Assembly: GCA_023265015.1 (NCBI GenBank)
Contig: JAHFUO010000004.1
Location: 13,492 to 77,491 of the forward strand
Length of the DNA: 64,000 bases
Source: Acidobacteriota bacterium
GTDB lineage: Bacteria > Acidobacteriota > Vicinamibacteria > Vicinamibacterales > UBA2999
Direction of reading: 5' to 3'
Shown one piece after another: positions 31,787 through 42,310 of the stretch (position 1 is its first letter; every line of letters begins with the position of its first letter). The position numbers and the translations under genes are program-made. Under the pieces are notes generated by a model. The model saw only the letters and a program-made list of their open reading frames with translations. It was not told the origin of the DNA and searched no databases.

Positions 31787-31791
31787 CCGGT

Positions 31792-32892
31792 TCATGCATC
31801 CGCCGATTCGTGTTGAGAGATGTTGAGGAGCACGCCCATGCCGAGCAGGTTGATCAACAGCGACGATCCGCCGGCACTCACCAGCGGGAGCGGGATTCCC
31901 TTGGTCGGCATCAACCCGAGCACGACGCTGATGTTGATGAACGCCTGGACGGCGATCATCGTGGTCAGCCCGAGCGCGACGAACGATCCAAACGTGTCCT
32001 CGGCGCGCATCGAGATCCGCAGGCCGCGCCATGCAATCACGCAGAAGCAGAGCAGGATCGCGGTCGCGCCGATCAGTCCAAGCTCCTCGCCGATGACCGC
32101 GTAGATGAAATCGGTGTGCGGCTCCGGCAGGTAGAACAGCTTCTGCACGCCCCCCATGAGGCCGCGGCCGAACACGCCGCCGGTGCCGACCGCGATCAGC
32201 GACTGAATGATCTGGAACCCGTCGCCAAGCGGATCCGCCCAGGGATCCCAGAACGCCATCAGGCGCCGCCGGCGATACGGCGCGCTCACGAGCACGATGT
32301 ACATGGCCGGAAGCGCGGCGAGCGCGAGGCCGAGGAAGTAGCGATAGTGGAGCCCCGCGGCAAACACCATGGTCGCCACGATGAGCACGAGCGACATCGA
32401 CGTGCCGAAGTCAGGCTGCAGCAGGATGAGCGCGACCACGACGCCCAGCACGAGGCTGATGGGCAGCAGCGAGTACGACAGGTCGTCGATGCGGTGCATC
32501 CGCCGTTCGAGCATCATCGCCGCGAACAGCACGCAGGCGACCTTCGCCAGCTCCGACGGCTGGATGCCGAGCCCACCGATCCCGAACCACCGGTGCGTGC
32601 CGTTCACCGGCGAGCTGAAGAGGACCGCGACGAGCATCACCACGACGCCTCCGAGCAGGCACCAGATGAACGCCTCGTTCCGGTACGTGCGGTAGTCGAC
32701 GCGCATCGCGACCGCGAGCACCGCGAAGCCGAGCACCGTCCAGAGCGCCTGTTTCGTGAGGAAGAAATACGGTTGCTGGAAGCGCTCGAGCGCCACGACC
32801 GCCGACGCGCTGTACACCATGACGATGCTGGCGCAGGCCAGCAGAACCGTCGCGGTGAACAGAATCCTGTCAGATTTGAGCTTACGCGCCAC
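31792..32892 (-). CDS. ftsW: SEDS-family lipid II polymerase FtsW
   Basis: 366 aa, about 10 TM segments. QPSELAK and FGRGLMGG..K..YLPEPHTDFI motifs. dcw context. Confidence 0.9.
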   Translation of the reverse strand: MARKLKSDRILFTATVLLACASIVMVYSASAVVALERFQQPYFFLTKQALWTVLGFAVLAVAMRVDYRTYRNEAFIWCLLGGVVVMLVAVLFSSPVNGTHRWFGIGGLGIQPSELAKVACVLFAAMMLERRMHRIDDLSYSLLPISLVLGVVVALILLQPDFGTSMSLVLIVATMVFAAGLHYRYFLGLALAALPAMYIVLVSAPYRRRRLMAFWDPWADPLGDGFQIIQSLIAVGTGGVFGRGLMGGVQKLFYLPEPHTDFIYAVIGEELGLIGATAILLCFCVIAWRGLRISMRAEDTFGSFVALGLTTMIAVQAFINISVVLGLMPTKGIPLPLVSAGGSSLLINLLGMGVLLNISQHESADA

Positions 32893-33332
32893 GCCCGTCT
32901 TTCTGGCAGGCCATAAAGGCCCGCCCTACTTCGCCCGAAACTTCCTTTGCGCGCCGGTCCTCAACCCCCGTGCTTCGCAGGGGCCGGTTACGCCGGGTTG
33001 CGAAGCAAGGTGATGCAACCCATCACCTGCGCGCCCTCTTTGACCGCAGATCCGCTAAGATCGGCGATTCGCGCTTGTGCGCCGTAGCCAAACGCGACGT
33101 GTCCGCCGTAGCCGTTGGGCGAAGGCGGAAGGCGCAAGCAGTCAGCAGTCATCAGCCGGCTCGTGGAATGGGACATCCACCTCACAGACCGGGGTAGTCT
33201 GTGTTCCCAGCGGTAGGCTCCCATCCGCATCGGGCCGACTGACGACAGCTCACTGCTCCACGCTCTACGCTCTCGCCACTTTTTCTTCGTGTTCTTCGTG
33301 ACCTTCGTGGTTGATTCGTCTTTGTGCACTTG
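32893..33332. repeat. 440-bp non-coding spacer packed with REP-like hairpins
   Basis: GGCAGGCCATAAAGGCCCGCC, TGCTTCGCA...TGCGAAGCA, GGTGATG-CAACC-CATCACC, GCTACGGCGGACAC/GCTACGGCGCACAAG and TTCTTCGTGTTCTTCGTGACCTTCGTGG. Confidence 0.7.
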
Positions 33333-34712
33333 TCACGATCTCCTTCCGCTCGCCTTCTCGATCAACAACTCGACCTCTTTCTTAAATGTCTCGCCGCGCT
33401 CCGCGTAATCGCGGAACCAGTCGAAGCTTGCACAGGCGGGCGCGAGCAGCACCACGCCATCGGGCCGCGCCGCTTCGTGTGCCCGTTGCACCGCGTCGCG
33501 CATCGACGAGGCCTCGGTGACCGGCACCGTGCCGCTCAGCGCCTCGCGCACGAGCGCCGCCGATTCGCCGATGGCAATGACCGCGCGTCCACGCGCCGCC
33601 AGCGGCTCGCGCAGCTGCTGCAGATCGCCGCCCTTGAAGCGGCCGCCGACGATGGCGACGACACCGCACTCGAAGCTTTCAATCGATCGCTGCGCAGCTT
33701 CGACATTCGTCGCCTTTGAATCGTTGACGAAGCGGACGGCACCCAGCCGGCCCGCCGGCTCCATCACGTGCGGCAGGCCATGGAATCCACGCAGCGCGGC
33801 GACCATCGCGCTCTGTCGCGCGCCCGTGAGGTAGCTGGCCGCGGCGGCGGCAAGCACGTTGTTCAACATGTGCCGGCCGGTGAGCTCCACCGCATCGAGC
33901 GGAATCAGCCGCTCGGTGTCCGTGCCGGTGCGGCGCACGATCCAGTCGTCATGGACGACGAAGCCGTCCGCGATCGAGCCGCCGAGCGAGAACGAGACGC
34001 GCCGTGCCGCACTCCTCGTGCCCTGCTTCATCACCAGCGCATCGTCGGCATTGAGGACCGCCCAATCGGCCGCCGTCTGGTTCGCGAAGATGCGCGCCTT
34101 CGCGGCGGCGTAGGTCTCGATCGTGGGGTGGCGATCGAGGTGGTCGTCCGCGACGTTCAGCCACACCGCGATCCACGGGCGGAACGTCGTGGTCGTCTCG
34201 AGCTGAAAGCTGCTCGCTTCGACCACGTGGACCGTATCCGGCGCGGACTGATCCACCTGCGCGCTCAAAGGGGTGCCGATGTTTCCGCCGAGCAGCACCT
34301 TCCGTCCCGCGGCGTCGAGCATCCGGCCAATCAGCGTCGTCGTTGTCGACTTCCCTTTCGTTCCAGTGACCGCGATTACGCGGCCGGCAATCCATCGCCA
34401 GGCGAGCTCGAGCTCGCCGATGATCTCGACATGCCTGGCGCGCGCGGCATCGAGCACCGGCTGCTCGAGCGGGACGCCGGGACTGAGAACGATCAGATCG
34501 GCGCCGGCGAGCGTGGCGGCCCGGTGCCCGCCGAGCTCCAGCGTGACGCCGGCGGCGCGCAGCCGGTCCGCGCCTTCGAATGTGTCGCGCGCCTCGGTCA
34601 CGGTCACGTCTGCTCCGCGTGTCACCGCGAGCTCCGCTGCGGCCATGCCGCTTCGCGCGGCCCCCACCACGACGACCCGCCGCCCACGCACCGAGAATCC
34701 AGTCGCACCCAC
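33333..34712 (-). CDS. murD: UDP-N-acetylmuramoylalanine--D-glutamate ligase
   Basis: VVGAARSGMAAA and GTKGKSTTTTL. Confidence 0.9.
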   Translation of the reverse strand: MGATGFSVRGRRVVVVGAARSGMAAAELAVTRGADVTVTEARDTFEGADRLRAAGVTLELGGHRAATLAGADLIVLSPGVPLEQPVLDAARARHVEIIGELELAWRWIAGRVIAVTGTKGKSTTTTLIGRMLDAAGRKVLLGGNIGTPLSAQVDQSAPDTVHVVEASSFQLETTTTFRPWIAVWLNVADDHLDRHPTIETYAAAKARIFANQTAADWAVLNADDALVMKQGTRSAARRVSFSLGGSIADGFVVHDDWIVRRTGTDTERLIPLDAVELTGRHMLNNVLAAAAASYLTGARQSAMVAALRGFHGLPHVMEPAGRLGAVRFVNDSKATNVEAAQRSIESFECGVVAIVGGRFKGGDLQQLREPLAARGRAVIAIGESAALVREALSGTVPVTEASSMRDAVQRAHEAARPDGVVLLAPACASFDWFRDYAERGETFKKEVELLIEKASGRRS

Positions 34713-34716
34713 GCCA

Positions 34717-35801
<1,085 letters not shown>

Positions 35802-35802
<1 letters not shown>

Positions 35803-37277
35803 CAGGAAAACTCCCCTGCAATCCGGTCCGCAATGAGATCGGTCCTCGTGCCGCGCGATCCCTTGACGAGCACGAGATCGCCGGAGCGAACGGCGGCCGC
35901 GATCGCGGCGGCGGCCAACTCGCTCTTTTCGAAATAGCCCACAGACGACGGAGGCATGCCGGCGGCGATCGCGGCATCCGCCAGCGCGCGCGCGGGCGCA
36001 CCGCCGACGGCAAACAGGAGCCGAAGGCCTGCCGACGCGGCGAGGCGGCCGCTCTCCCGGTGGAGGGCCGTGGCGTGTTCGCCGAGCTCCAGCATCTCGC
36101 CAAGCACCGCGACTTTGCGCGCCGCGCGGCGTTCCTTTGCGATCACGTCGAGCGCGCGCGTCAGCGCTGCCGGGCTCGAGTTGTAGGAATCGTCCACGAG
36201 CGTGATGCCCCCGCGGAGCCGATGCACGGCGCCGCGGCGATCGGCGGGGCGCAATGCGGCTGCGCGCGCGGCGATCGCATCGAGAGACACGCCGAAGTCG
36301 AGCGCAACGGCGGTGGCCGCAAGCACGTTCGCGAGGTTGCCGCGCCCGAGCAGCGGCGTTTCAATCAGCCGCTCGCCCGCCGGCGTCGTCACCCGCGCGC
36401 GCATGCCATCGATGCCGCGATCCTCGACATCGCGCGCCCGCACGACGGCGCCCTCGCTTTCGCCGAACGTGATCGTGCGTCCCGAAAAGCTGCGCGCGCG
36501 CGCCATCACGCGCGGATCGTCCGCGTTGCAGACGAGCACGTGACCCGGCTCGGCGTGCTCCAGGATCTCCGCCTTGGCGTCGGCGATCGCGTCGGGGGAG
36601 GCAAAGAAACCCAGGTGCGCATCGCCGACGTTCGTCCAGACGCGAACGTCCGGATCGGCAATCGCCACCAGCGTGCTGATCTCCCCCGCGTGATTCATAC
36701 CCAGTTCCATCACTGCGACGTCGGGCCTGTCGCGCAGCTGCATCAGCGACAGCGGCAGCCCGATGTGGTTGTTCAGGTTCCCCTTGTTCTTCACCACCCG
36801 GAACGTCGCGGAGAGGAAGTCCGCGATCGTGTCCTTCGTGGTGGTCTTCCCCGCGCTTCCCGTGATCGCGATGACCTTTGTCGGCGCCGCCTCTCGCACG
36901 GCATGCGCCAGGTCCTGGAGCGCGATCGTCGTATCCTCAACCTCGACGATCGCCGCGTCACCGTAGGGCGGGCCTTCGCCCCTCGACAAGCTCGGGGTGA
37001 CCCCGAGCGGGGTCGAGGGGTCACGGCCCGCCTGGCGGGGCGTGAAGCCCCGCCCTACGCCGTCGACCATCGCCCCAATCGCGCCGCGGCCGAGCACCTC
37101 CACAACGAACGCGTGACCGTCAAACCGCGGGCCGCGAAGGGCAACGAAGAAGTCGCCCCGCTGCAGCGTCCGCGAATCGGTGACGACGTTTCCGATCGCC
37201 TGCTCCGGATCGCCCGAGACGATCCGTCCCGCCACCGCCGCGGCCAGCCAGCCGACCGTCAGCCGAAGCGCGCTCAC
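35802..37277 (-). CDS. murF: UDP-N-acetylmuramoyl-tripeptide--D-alanyl-D-alanine ligase
   Basis: [11 protein letters not shown]. The GTG start overlaps the murE stop (GTGA). Contains a 34-codon repeat-derived insertion. Confidence 0.9.
36960..37061. repeat. 102-bp REP-like composite element inserted in frame in murF
   Basis: GTAGGGCGGGCC...GGGGTGACCCCGAGCGGGGTCGAGGGGTCAC...GGGGCGTGAAGCCCCGCCCTAC, translated as [34 protein letters not shown]. Confidence 0.8.
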
Positions 37278-38791
37278 CCAACCCGCGACTTCACGCGCCG
37301 CGCCTCCAGCGCCTCGCGCGCCACGGCCACGTCGTCAAACGGCGTGACGCGGCCGTCGATCTCCTGGTACTTCTCGTGCCCCTTGCCGGCAATCAGGACG
37401 ACGTCTCCCCTCGACGCACGGCCGACGGCGTTCAGAATCGCTTCGCGGCGATCCGCGATCGCCAGCACCTCGGCGTTCCCCTGGCGCGTCTCCGGATCGG
37501 CTCCGCGCTTCACCTCTTCGATGATGCGCGCGGGATCCTCGCTGCGCGGGTTGTCCGATGTGATCACGACGACGTCGCTCAGCCTGGCGGCGACCATGCC
37601 CATCAGCGGGCGCTTCGTCTTGTCGCGGTCGCCGCCGGCGCCAAACACGGTGATCAGGCGGCGCGATGCGAGCGGCCGCGCCGTCTCGAGCAGGTTCCGC
37701 AACGCGTCGTCGGTGTGCGCGTAGTCGATCACGACGGTGATGTCGTCCGCCGGCGACGTCGCCAGCTCGAATCGTCCGGGCACGCCGGGCAGCAGGTTCA
37801 ACCCGTGCTCGATCGCGTCGACGGGCACGCCGAGCGCCGCGGTCACTCCGGCCGCGGCGAGAATGTTGTAGACGTTCGGCTTGCCCACCAGCTTCGACTT
37901 CACGCGCGCAACGCCCTGAGGCATCCGCACGTCGAACGCGAGGCCGTCGAGCGCGAACGAGAGCGGGCTCGGCGACACGTCCGCCGCCTTATTGATCGCG
38001 TACGTCACCGGGCGGCCAGCGAGGTCCAGGAGCGTGCCGCTGCGCGGATCGTCGGCATTGATCGCAGCCGGCGCGTCCGGCGGGAGCATCTCGAAGAGAC
38101 GGCGCTTCGCGGCGAAGTAGGTTTCCATGTCCCCGTGAAAATCGAGGTGGTCGCGCGTGAGGTTTGTGAAGACCGCAGCAGCAAACCTGACTCCATCCAC
38201 ACGGCGCAGCGCCAGCGCGTGCGACGACACTTCCATCACGCACGCGCCACAGCCGGCGTCAACCATCTGGCGCATCAATCCCTGGACGTCCGGCGCCTCG
38301 GGCGTCGTCCGCGTGGCGGCGAATTCCTTGTCGCCAATGCGATACGTGACCGTCCCCATCAAGCCGCAGCGGATGCCGGCGGCTTCGAAAATCGCTTGCA
38401 TCAGATAGCTGGTCGTCGTCTTGCCGTTCGTCCCCGTGATGCCGACGACTTTCATCCGGCGGCTCGGGTGGCCGAAAAACTCGGCAGCAAGCAACGCCAG
38501 CGCCAGCCGTGCGTCGCCGACGACAATCCACGGCACGGCAACCGGACCCTCGGCAACACGCTCCGCGACCACGGCCACTGCACCTGCCGCAATCGCCTGT
38601 GGCGCGAACACCGCACCGTCCGCTTTCAGTCCGGGGAATGCAACAAATACACACCCCGGCTGCGCCTGACGCGAATCGTGCGTGACGCCGCTGCACGCCA
38701 CGTCGAGCGCGCGGGCGGCGGACGGCATGACGGGGCGCTGCTCCGGCGGCAGCGCCTTCGCCAACTTCTCCAGCAGCTCGCGAACGGTCAT
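37274..38791 (-). CDS. murE: UDP-N-acetylmuramoyl-L-alanyl-D-glutamate--2,6-diaminopimelate ligase
   Basis: GITGTNGKTTTSY. ATG at 38791 forms an ATGA overlap with the ftsI stop. The 52-codon upstream extension (RFDCAH repeats) is rejected. Confidence 0.9.
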   Translation of the reverse strand: MTVRELLEKLAKALPPEQRPVMPSAARALDVACSGVTHDSRQAQPGCVFVAFPGLKADGAVFAPQAIAAGAVAVVAERVAEGPVAVPWIVVGDARLALALLAAEFFGHPSRRMKVVGITGTNGKTTTSYLMQAIFEAAGIRCGLMGTVTYRIGDKEFAATRTTPEAPDVQGLMRQMVDAGCGACVMEVSSHALALRRVDGVRFAAAVFTNLTRDHLDFHGDMETYFAAKRRLFEMLPPDAPAAINADDPRSGTLLDLAGRPVTYAINKAADVSPSPLSFALDGLAFDVRMPQGVARVKSKLVGKPNVYNILAAAGVTAALGVPVDAIEHGLNLLPGVPGRFELATSPADDITVVIDYAHTDDALRNLLETARPLASRRLITVFGAGGDRDKTKRPLMGMVAARLSDVVVITSDNPRSEDPARIIEEVKRGADPETRQGNAEVLAIADRREAILNAVGRASRGDVVLIAGKGHEKYQEIDGRVTPFDDVAVAREALEARRVKSRVG

Positions 38792-40917
38792 GGCTGCGTC
38801 GTGCCCGGGGTGAGCGCAGTCGAACCGCCCGCGGTGAGCGCAGTCGAACCGCCCGCGATGAGCGCAGTCGAACCGCCCGCGGTGAGCGCAGTCGAACCGC
38901 CCGCCAGGCGGATGGGCCCGGCCTGGCGCTCGAGCCAGAGGGTGCACAGCGCGTCGCGATCGATCGGCGCGCCCGGTTCCGGCTCCTGCCGGGTGACGGT
39001 GCCTGCGCCATTGAGGCGCGTGGTCATGCCGAGGCGCGCGAGCGTGTGCAGCGCATCGCGCGCGCTGAGCCCCCGCAGGTCGGGGAATATCGCCTCCGAC
39101 CCCTGCGAGGTTCCGGCCACCGTGACGATGCTCGGCGCCCTGCCGGCCGTCGACGCCGGCTGTTCGTGGGAGTCCTCGGCGTCGTACCGGGCGACCAGGA
39201 GCGGCGGCGCGGGGTTGATCGACGGCGGCACGCCGTACTGCCGCATGATCGCGGTGGCGATCCGTTTGAAGATCGGACCCGAGACCGGGCCGCCGTAATA
39301 GCCGTTGGCGCCGTGCGGGGAATCGAGCACGATGACGATCGTGAAGACCGGCTTCCTGGAAGGAACAAAGCCGATGAACGACGCGTTGTAGTCGGACTTC
39401 GAGTAGCGGCCGGCCTCGAGCTTGGCGGCTGTCCCCGTCTTGCCCGCGACGGTGTATCCGGGAATCTGCACCATCGTGGCCGTCCCGCGCTCAACGACCT
39501 GCTCCATGATGGTCGTCAGCTCCGCCGCGACGCTCTGGTTGATCGCGCGGTGAACGACCTTGCGCCGGACCGGCACGCGTCGTCCATCCATGATCACCGC
39601 GCGGACGACGCGCGGCTCGATCAGCTCTCCACCATTCGCCACGGAGCTGACCGCAGCCGCCATCTGCAGAGGCGTCACGCCGACCTGGTATCCCATCGAC
39701 ATCGAGGCGAGCGCGCCTTCGTTCTGCTTCGCGGGATCCCAGAGGATCCCGGGACTCTCTCCTGGAAAGTCTGGTGACGAGGGCCGGCCGAAGCCGAACC
39801 GTCGCGCATAGATGCCGAGACGCTCCTGCCCGAGCCTGAGGCCGACCTTGATCGCACCGATGTTGCTCGACATCACGATGACGTCGGTGAAGGTCAGCAC
39901 ACCGTGGTCGCTCGTGTCGTGGATCACGCGGGAACCGAGGCGGAGGACCCCGCCGCGCACGTCAATGACGTCGTCGGGATGGACGACGTTCTGCTCGAGC
40001 GCCGCCGACGCGGTGACGATCTTGAATGTGGATCCCGGCTCGTAGAGATCCTGGATGGCGCGATTTCTTCGCTCGTCGTCGCTCGCGTCGCGGTAGATGT
40101 TCGGGTTGAACGTGGGCGCGTTGGCGAGCGCGAGAATCTCGCCGGTCCACGGATCCATGATCACCGCCGTGCCGCCGGCCGCGTGGTTGGCCGCGACGCC
40201 TGCCTGCAGCTCGCGCTCGGCAATGTGCTGCAAGTATTCGTCGATCGTCAGCTCCAGCGTGGCGCCGGTGGTGGATGGCCGCTCGATCCGGCTGAACGCG
40301 TGGCGCTTGGCGTCGGTCTGGATCAGCACCGTGCCGGCGTGCCCTTTGATCAGGCCATCGTACGTCGCCTCGAGGCCGGCCAGGCCGGCGTTGTCGAGGC
40401 CGACGTATCCCAGCAGGTGCGCGGCCAGTTCCTTGTTCGGATAAAAGCGCCGGCTCTCCTTCATGAAGCCGACGCCCTCGAGCTGAAGGTCGGCCAAGCG
40501 CCGCGCCTGGTCGCGCGTCACCTGGCGGCGGACGTACACAAACGCGCGACCGCGACGGATGCGATCCGCCAGCGCCTGCCGATCAGCGGGGGTGCAGTCG
40601 CCGAGCGCGCCGCACAGCGCCGCAGCGGCCTGCGAGGGATCGCCGATTTCGGTGGGGACCGCGTAGATCGAATCGGCGTCCACGCTGTAGGCGAGCACGT
40701 GGCCGCGCCGATCGAGGATCTCGCCGCGCTTGGCCGATGCGGCGACCGTCCGCATCTGCTGGCGCTCGGCGCGCACCACCAGATCGGCGTGCCGGTAGAC
40801 CTGCAGGTACACGAGACGCGCCTCGATGCCCGCTGACCACAACAGCAATCCAACGGCGGCGACGACGAGTCGGCGCTTCAGCGTCGTGCGCCAGGCGTTG
40901 GCGGGCGTCTCGGCCAC
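38788..40917 (-). CDS. ftsI: class B penicillin-binding protein FtsI with C-terminal PASTA domain and repeat tail
   Basis: GSTFKIV (SxxK), SSN and KTGT. A PASTA-like segment (FPDLRGLSARDALHTLARLG...VTRQEP). The tail carries four (GGSTAL[T/I]A) units. Confidence 0.9.
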   Translation of the reverse strand: MAETPANAWRTTLKRRLVVAAVGLLLWSAGIEARLVYLQVYRHADLVVRAERQQMRTVAASAKRGEILDRRGHVLAYSVDADSIYAVPTEIGDPSQAAAALCGALGDCTPADRQALADRIRRGRAFVYVRRQVTRDQARRLADLQLEGVGFMKESRRFYPNKELAAHLLGYVGLDNAGLAGLEATYDGLIKGHAGTVLIQTDAKRHAFSRIERPSTTGATLELTIDEYLQHIAERELQAGVAANHAAGGTAVIMDPWTGEILALANAPTFNPNIYRDASDDERRNRAIQDLYEPGSTFKIVTASAALEQNVVHPDDVIDVRGGVLRLGSRVIHDTSDHGVLTFTDVIVMSSNIGAIKVGLRLGQERLGIYARRFGFGRPSSPDFPGESPGILWDPAKQNEGALASMSMGYQVGVTPLQMAAAVSSVANGGELIEPRVVRAVIMDGRRVPVRRKVVHRAINQSVAAELTTIMEQVVERGTATMVQIPGYTVAGKTGTAAKLEAGRYSKSDYNASFIGFVPSRKPVFTIVIVLDSPHGANGYYGGPVSGPIFKRIATAIMRQYGVPPSINPAPPLLVARYDAEDSHEQPASTAGRAPSIVTVAGTSQGSEAIFPDLRGLSARDALHTLARLGMTTRLNGAGTVTRQEPEPGAPIDRDALCTLWLERQAGPIRLAGGSTALTAGGSTALIAGGSTALTAGGSTALTPGTTQP
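38809..38904. repeat. 4 x 24-bp tandem repeat in the 3' end of ftsI
   Basis: (G/A)GTGAGCGCAGTCGAACCGCCCGC units at 38809, 38833, 38857 and 38881. Confidence 0.9.
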
Positions 40918-40932
40918 GTGCTTGGTTCCCCT

Positions 40933-41322
40933 TTACCGGCGCGCGACGACGGATCGAGGCGGCGGCGCCGTTGGCGTCACGCGCTCGATAACCGAGGCGT
41001 CCTCGGCCGCGGGCGACACCATCCCCAGTCGATCGGTCGCGAGCCGCTCGATGCGCGCGGGCGACCGCAGCGTCTCGATCTCGAGCCGGAGGTGGCGGTT
41101 GATCTCCGCCTCGGCGGCCCGCTCCTTCTCCATCTGCTCGATGCGGTAGCCGTGCCGCAGCAGCTCGAAGTGCTGCCACGCGGAGAAAAGGAGCACCGCC
41201 ACGAGAAACACGCCAACCGCGACCGAGCGCCACAGGTCGCGATGCCGCTCGCGATCGACCTCGCGCACGATCGGGTTGTTGCGGACGTCTTTCCTGATCG
41301 CGTATTCGAATTCGCCGCTCAT
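40933..41322 (-). CDS. ftsL: cell division protein FtsL
   Basis: 129 aa with a single TM (VAVGVFLVAVLLF) followed by a coiled coil. Position between rsmH and ftsI. Confidence 0.8.
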   Translation of the reverse strand: MSGEFEYAIRKDVRNNPIVREVDRERHRDLWRSVAVGVFLVAVLLFSAWQHFELLRHGYRIEQMEKERAAEAEINRHLRLEIETLRSPARIERLATDRLGMVSPAAEDASVIERVTPTAPPPRSVVARR

Positions 41323-42218
41323 GAGGATGCCCGCCCGGTCTGTTCCGCCACGCGAAGCTTGGCGCTCCGCGCGCGCGGGTTGCGTTCGATCTCCGCCTCG
41401 GCCGGCACGATCGGCCGTTTCGTTCGAATCCTGAGCCCGATCCCTTCGTCCTGGAGCGCGCGCAGCGTGTGCTTCACGACCCGGTCTTCGAGCGAGTGAA
41501 ACGTCATCACCGCCATCCGTCCTCCATCCGCGAGCCGCCGCGCCACGTCGCCGAGAAAGATGTCGAGCCCGTTGAGCTCGCGGTTCACCCAGATGCGGAT
41601 CGCCTGGAATGTCCGCGTCGCCGGATCGATTCGCGAATACCCCTTCCGCGGAACCGCGCGCCGGACGAGATCGGCGAGCGTTCCCGTCGTCTCGATCGGC
41701 GCTCGTTCCCGCGCGGTCACGATCGCTCTGGCGATTCGCCGCGAGTGCCGCTCCTCGCCGAACTCGTAGATCACGTCCGCGAGCGTTCGCTCGTCGACGT
41801 CCCGGATCGATTCGGCGGCCGTCGGTCCCGACGTGGGATCCATCCGCATGTCCAGCGGATCATCCTTCCGGAAGCTGAACCCCCGCCCCGGCGCATCGAG
41901 CTGCATGGACGAGACGCCGAGATCCGCCAGCACACCGTCCACGTTCCCCGCGCCGAGTTCGTCGAGCACCGCGTTGAAGCGGCGGTAGTCCGAGTGCACG
42001 AGCTCCACGCGATCGCCAAACGTGCTCAACGCGGCGCGCGCTTCGGCCAATGCCGCGGGATCGCGATCAAATCCGATCAGCCGCGACGCGCCGCCTTCGA
42101 GCAGCGCGCTGGCGTGGCCGCCGAGGCCGACAGTGCAGTCGACAAACACACCGCCGCGCGAGGGCGCCAGGTGCTCGAGCACCTCCGCGACCATGACGGG
42201 CTCGTGACTTGGGCTCAT
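41319..42218 (-). CDS. rsmH: 16S rRNA (cytosine1402-N4)-methyltransferase
   Basis: HEPVM...DCTVGLGGH...FDRD...SMQLD...SFHSLEDR. Confidence 0.9.
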   Translation of the reverse strand: MSPSHEPVMVAEVLEHLAPSRGGVFVDCTVGLGGHASALLEGGASRLIGFDRDPAALAEARAALSTFGDRVELVHSDYRRFNAVLDELGAGNVDGVLADLGVSSMQLDAPGRGFSFRKDDPLDMRMDPTSGPTAAESIRDVDERTLADVIYEFGEERHSRRIARAIVTARERAPIETTGTLADLVRRAVPRKGYSRIDPATRTFQAIRIWVNRELNGLDIFLGDVARRLADGGRMAVMTFHSLEDRVVKHTLRALQDEGIGLRIRTKRPIVPAEAEIERNPRARSAKLRVAEQTGRASS

Positions 42219-42307
42219 GGCTCATGGCTCGTGGCTCAAGCAAGAGCGTGTATCCCCTGAGTCGCAAGCCGTGAGTCCCATGAGCCCTGAGCCGTGAGTC
42301 GTGAGCC
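42212..42307. repeat. inverted heptamer arrays (GGCTCAT)n / (NTGAGCC)n in the mraZ-rsmH spacer
   Basis: GGCTCAT GGCTCAT GGCTCGT GGCTCAA ... GTGAGTC CCATGAGCC CTGAGCC GTGAGTC GTGAGCC. Confidence 0.8.
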
Positions 42308-42310
42308 TGC

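Noticed and set aside
32988-33329. 113-aa ORF in the murD-ftsW spacer.
   Set aside because: The sequence is composed of REP-unit translations (TTKVTKNTKK, PNGYGGHVAFGYGAQA). There is no RBS and no domain. It is treated as non-coding repeat DNA.
38792-38947. 52-codon N-terminal extension of murE (RFDCAHRG x4).
   Set aside because: It is encoded by the ftsI tail repeat read in another frame. ATG 38791 gives a canonical ATGA overlap with the ftsI stop and a normal MurE N-terminus.
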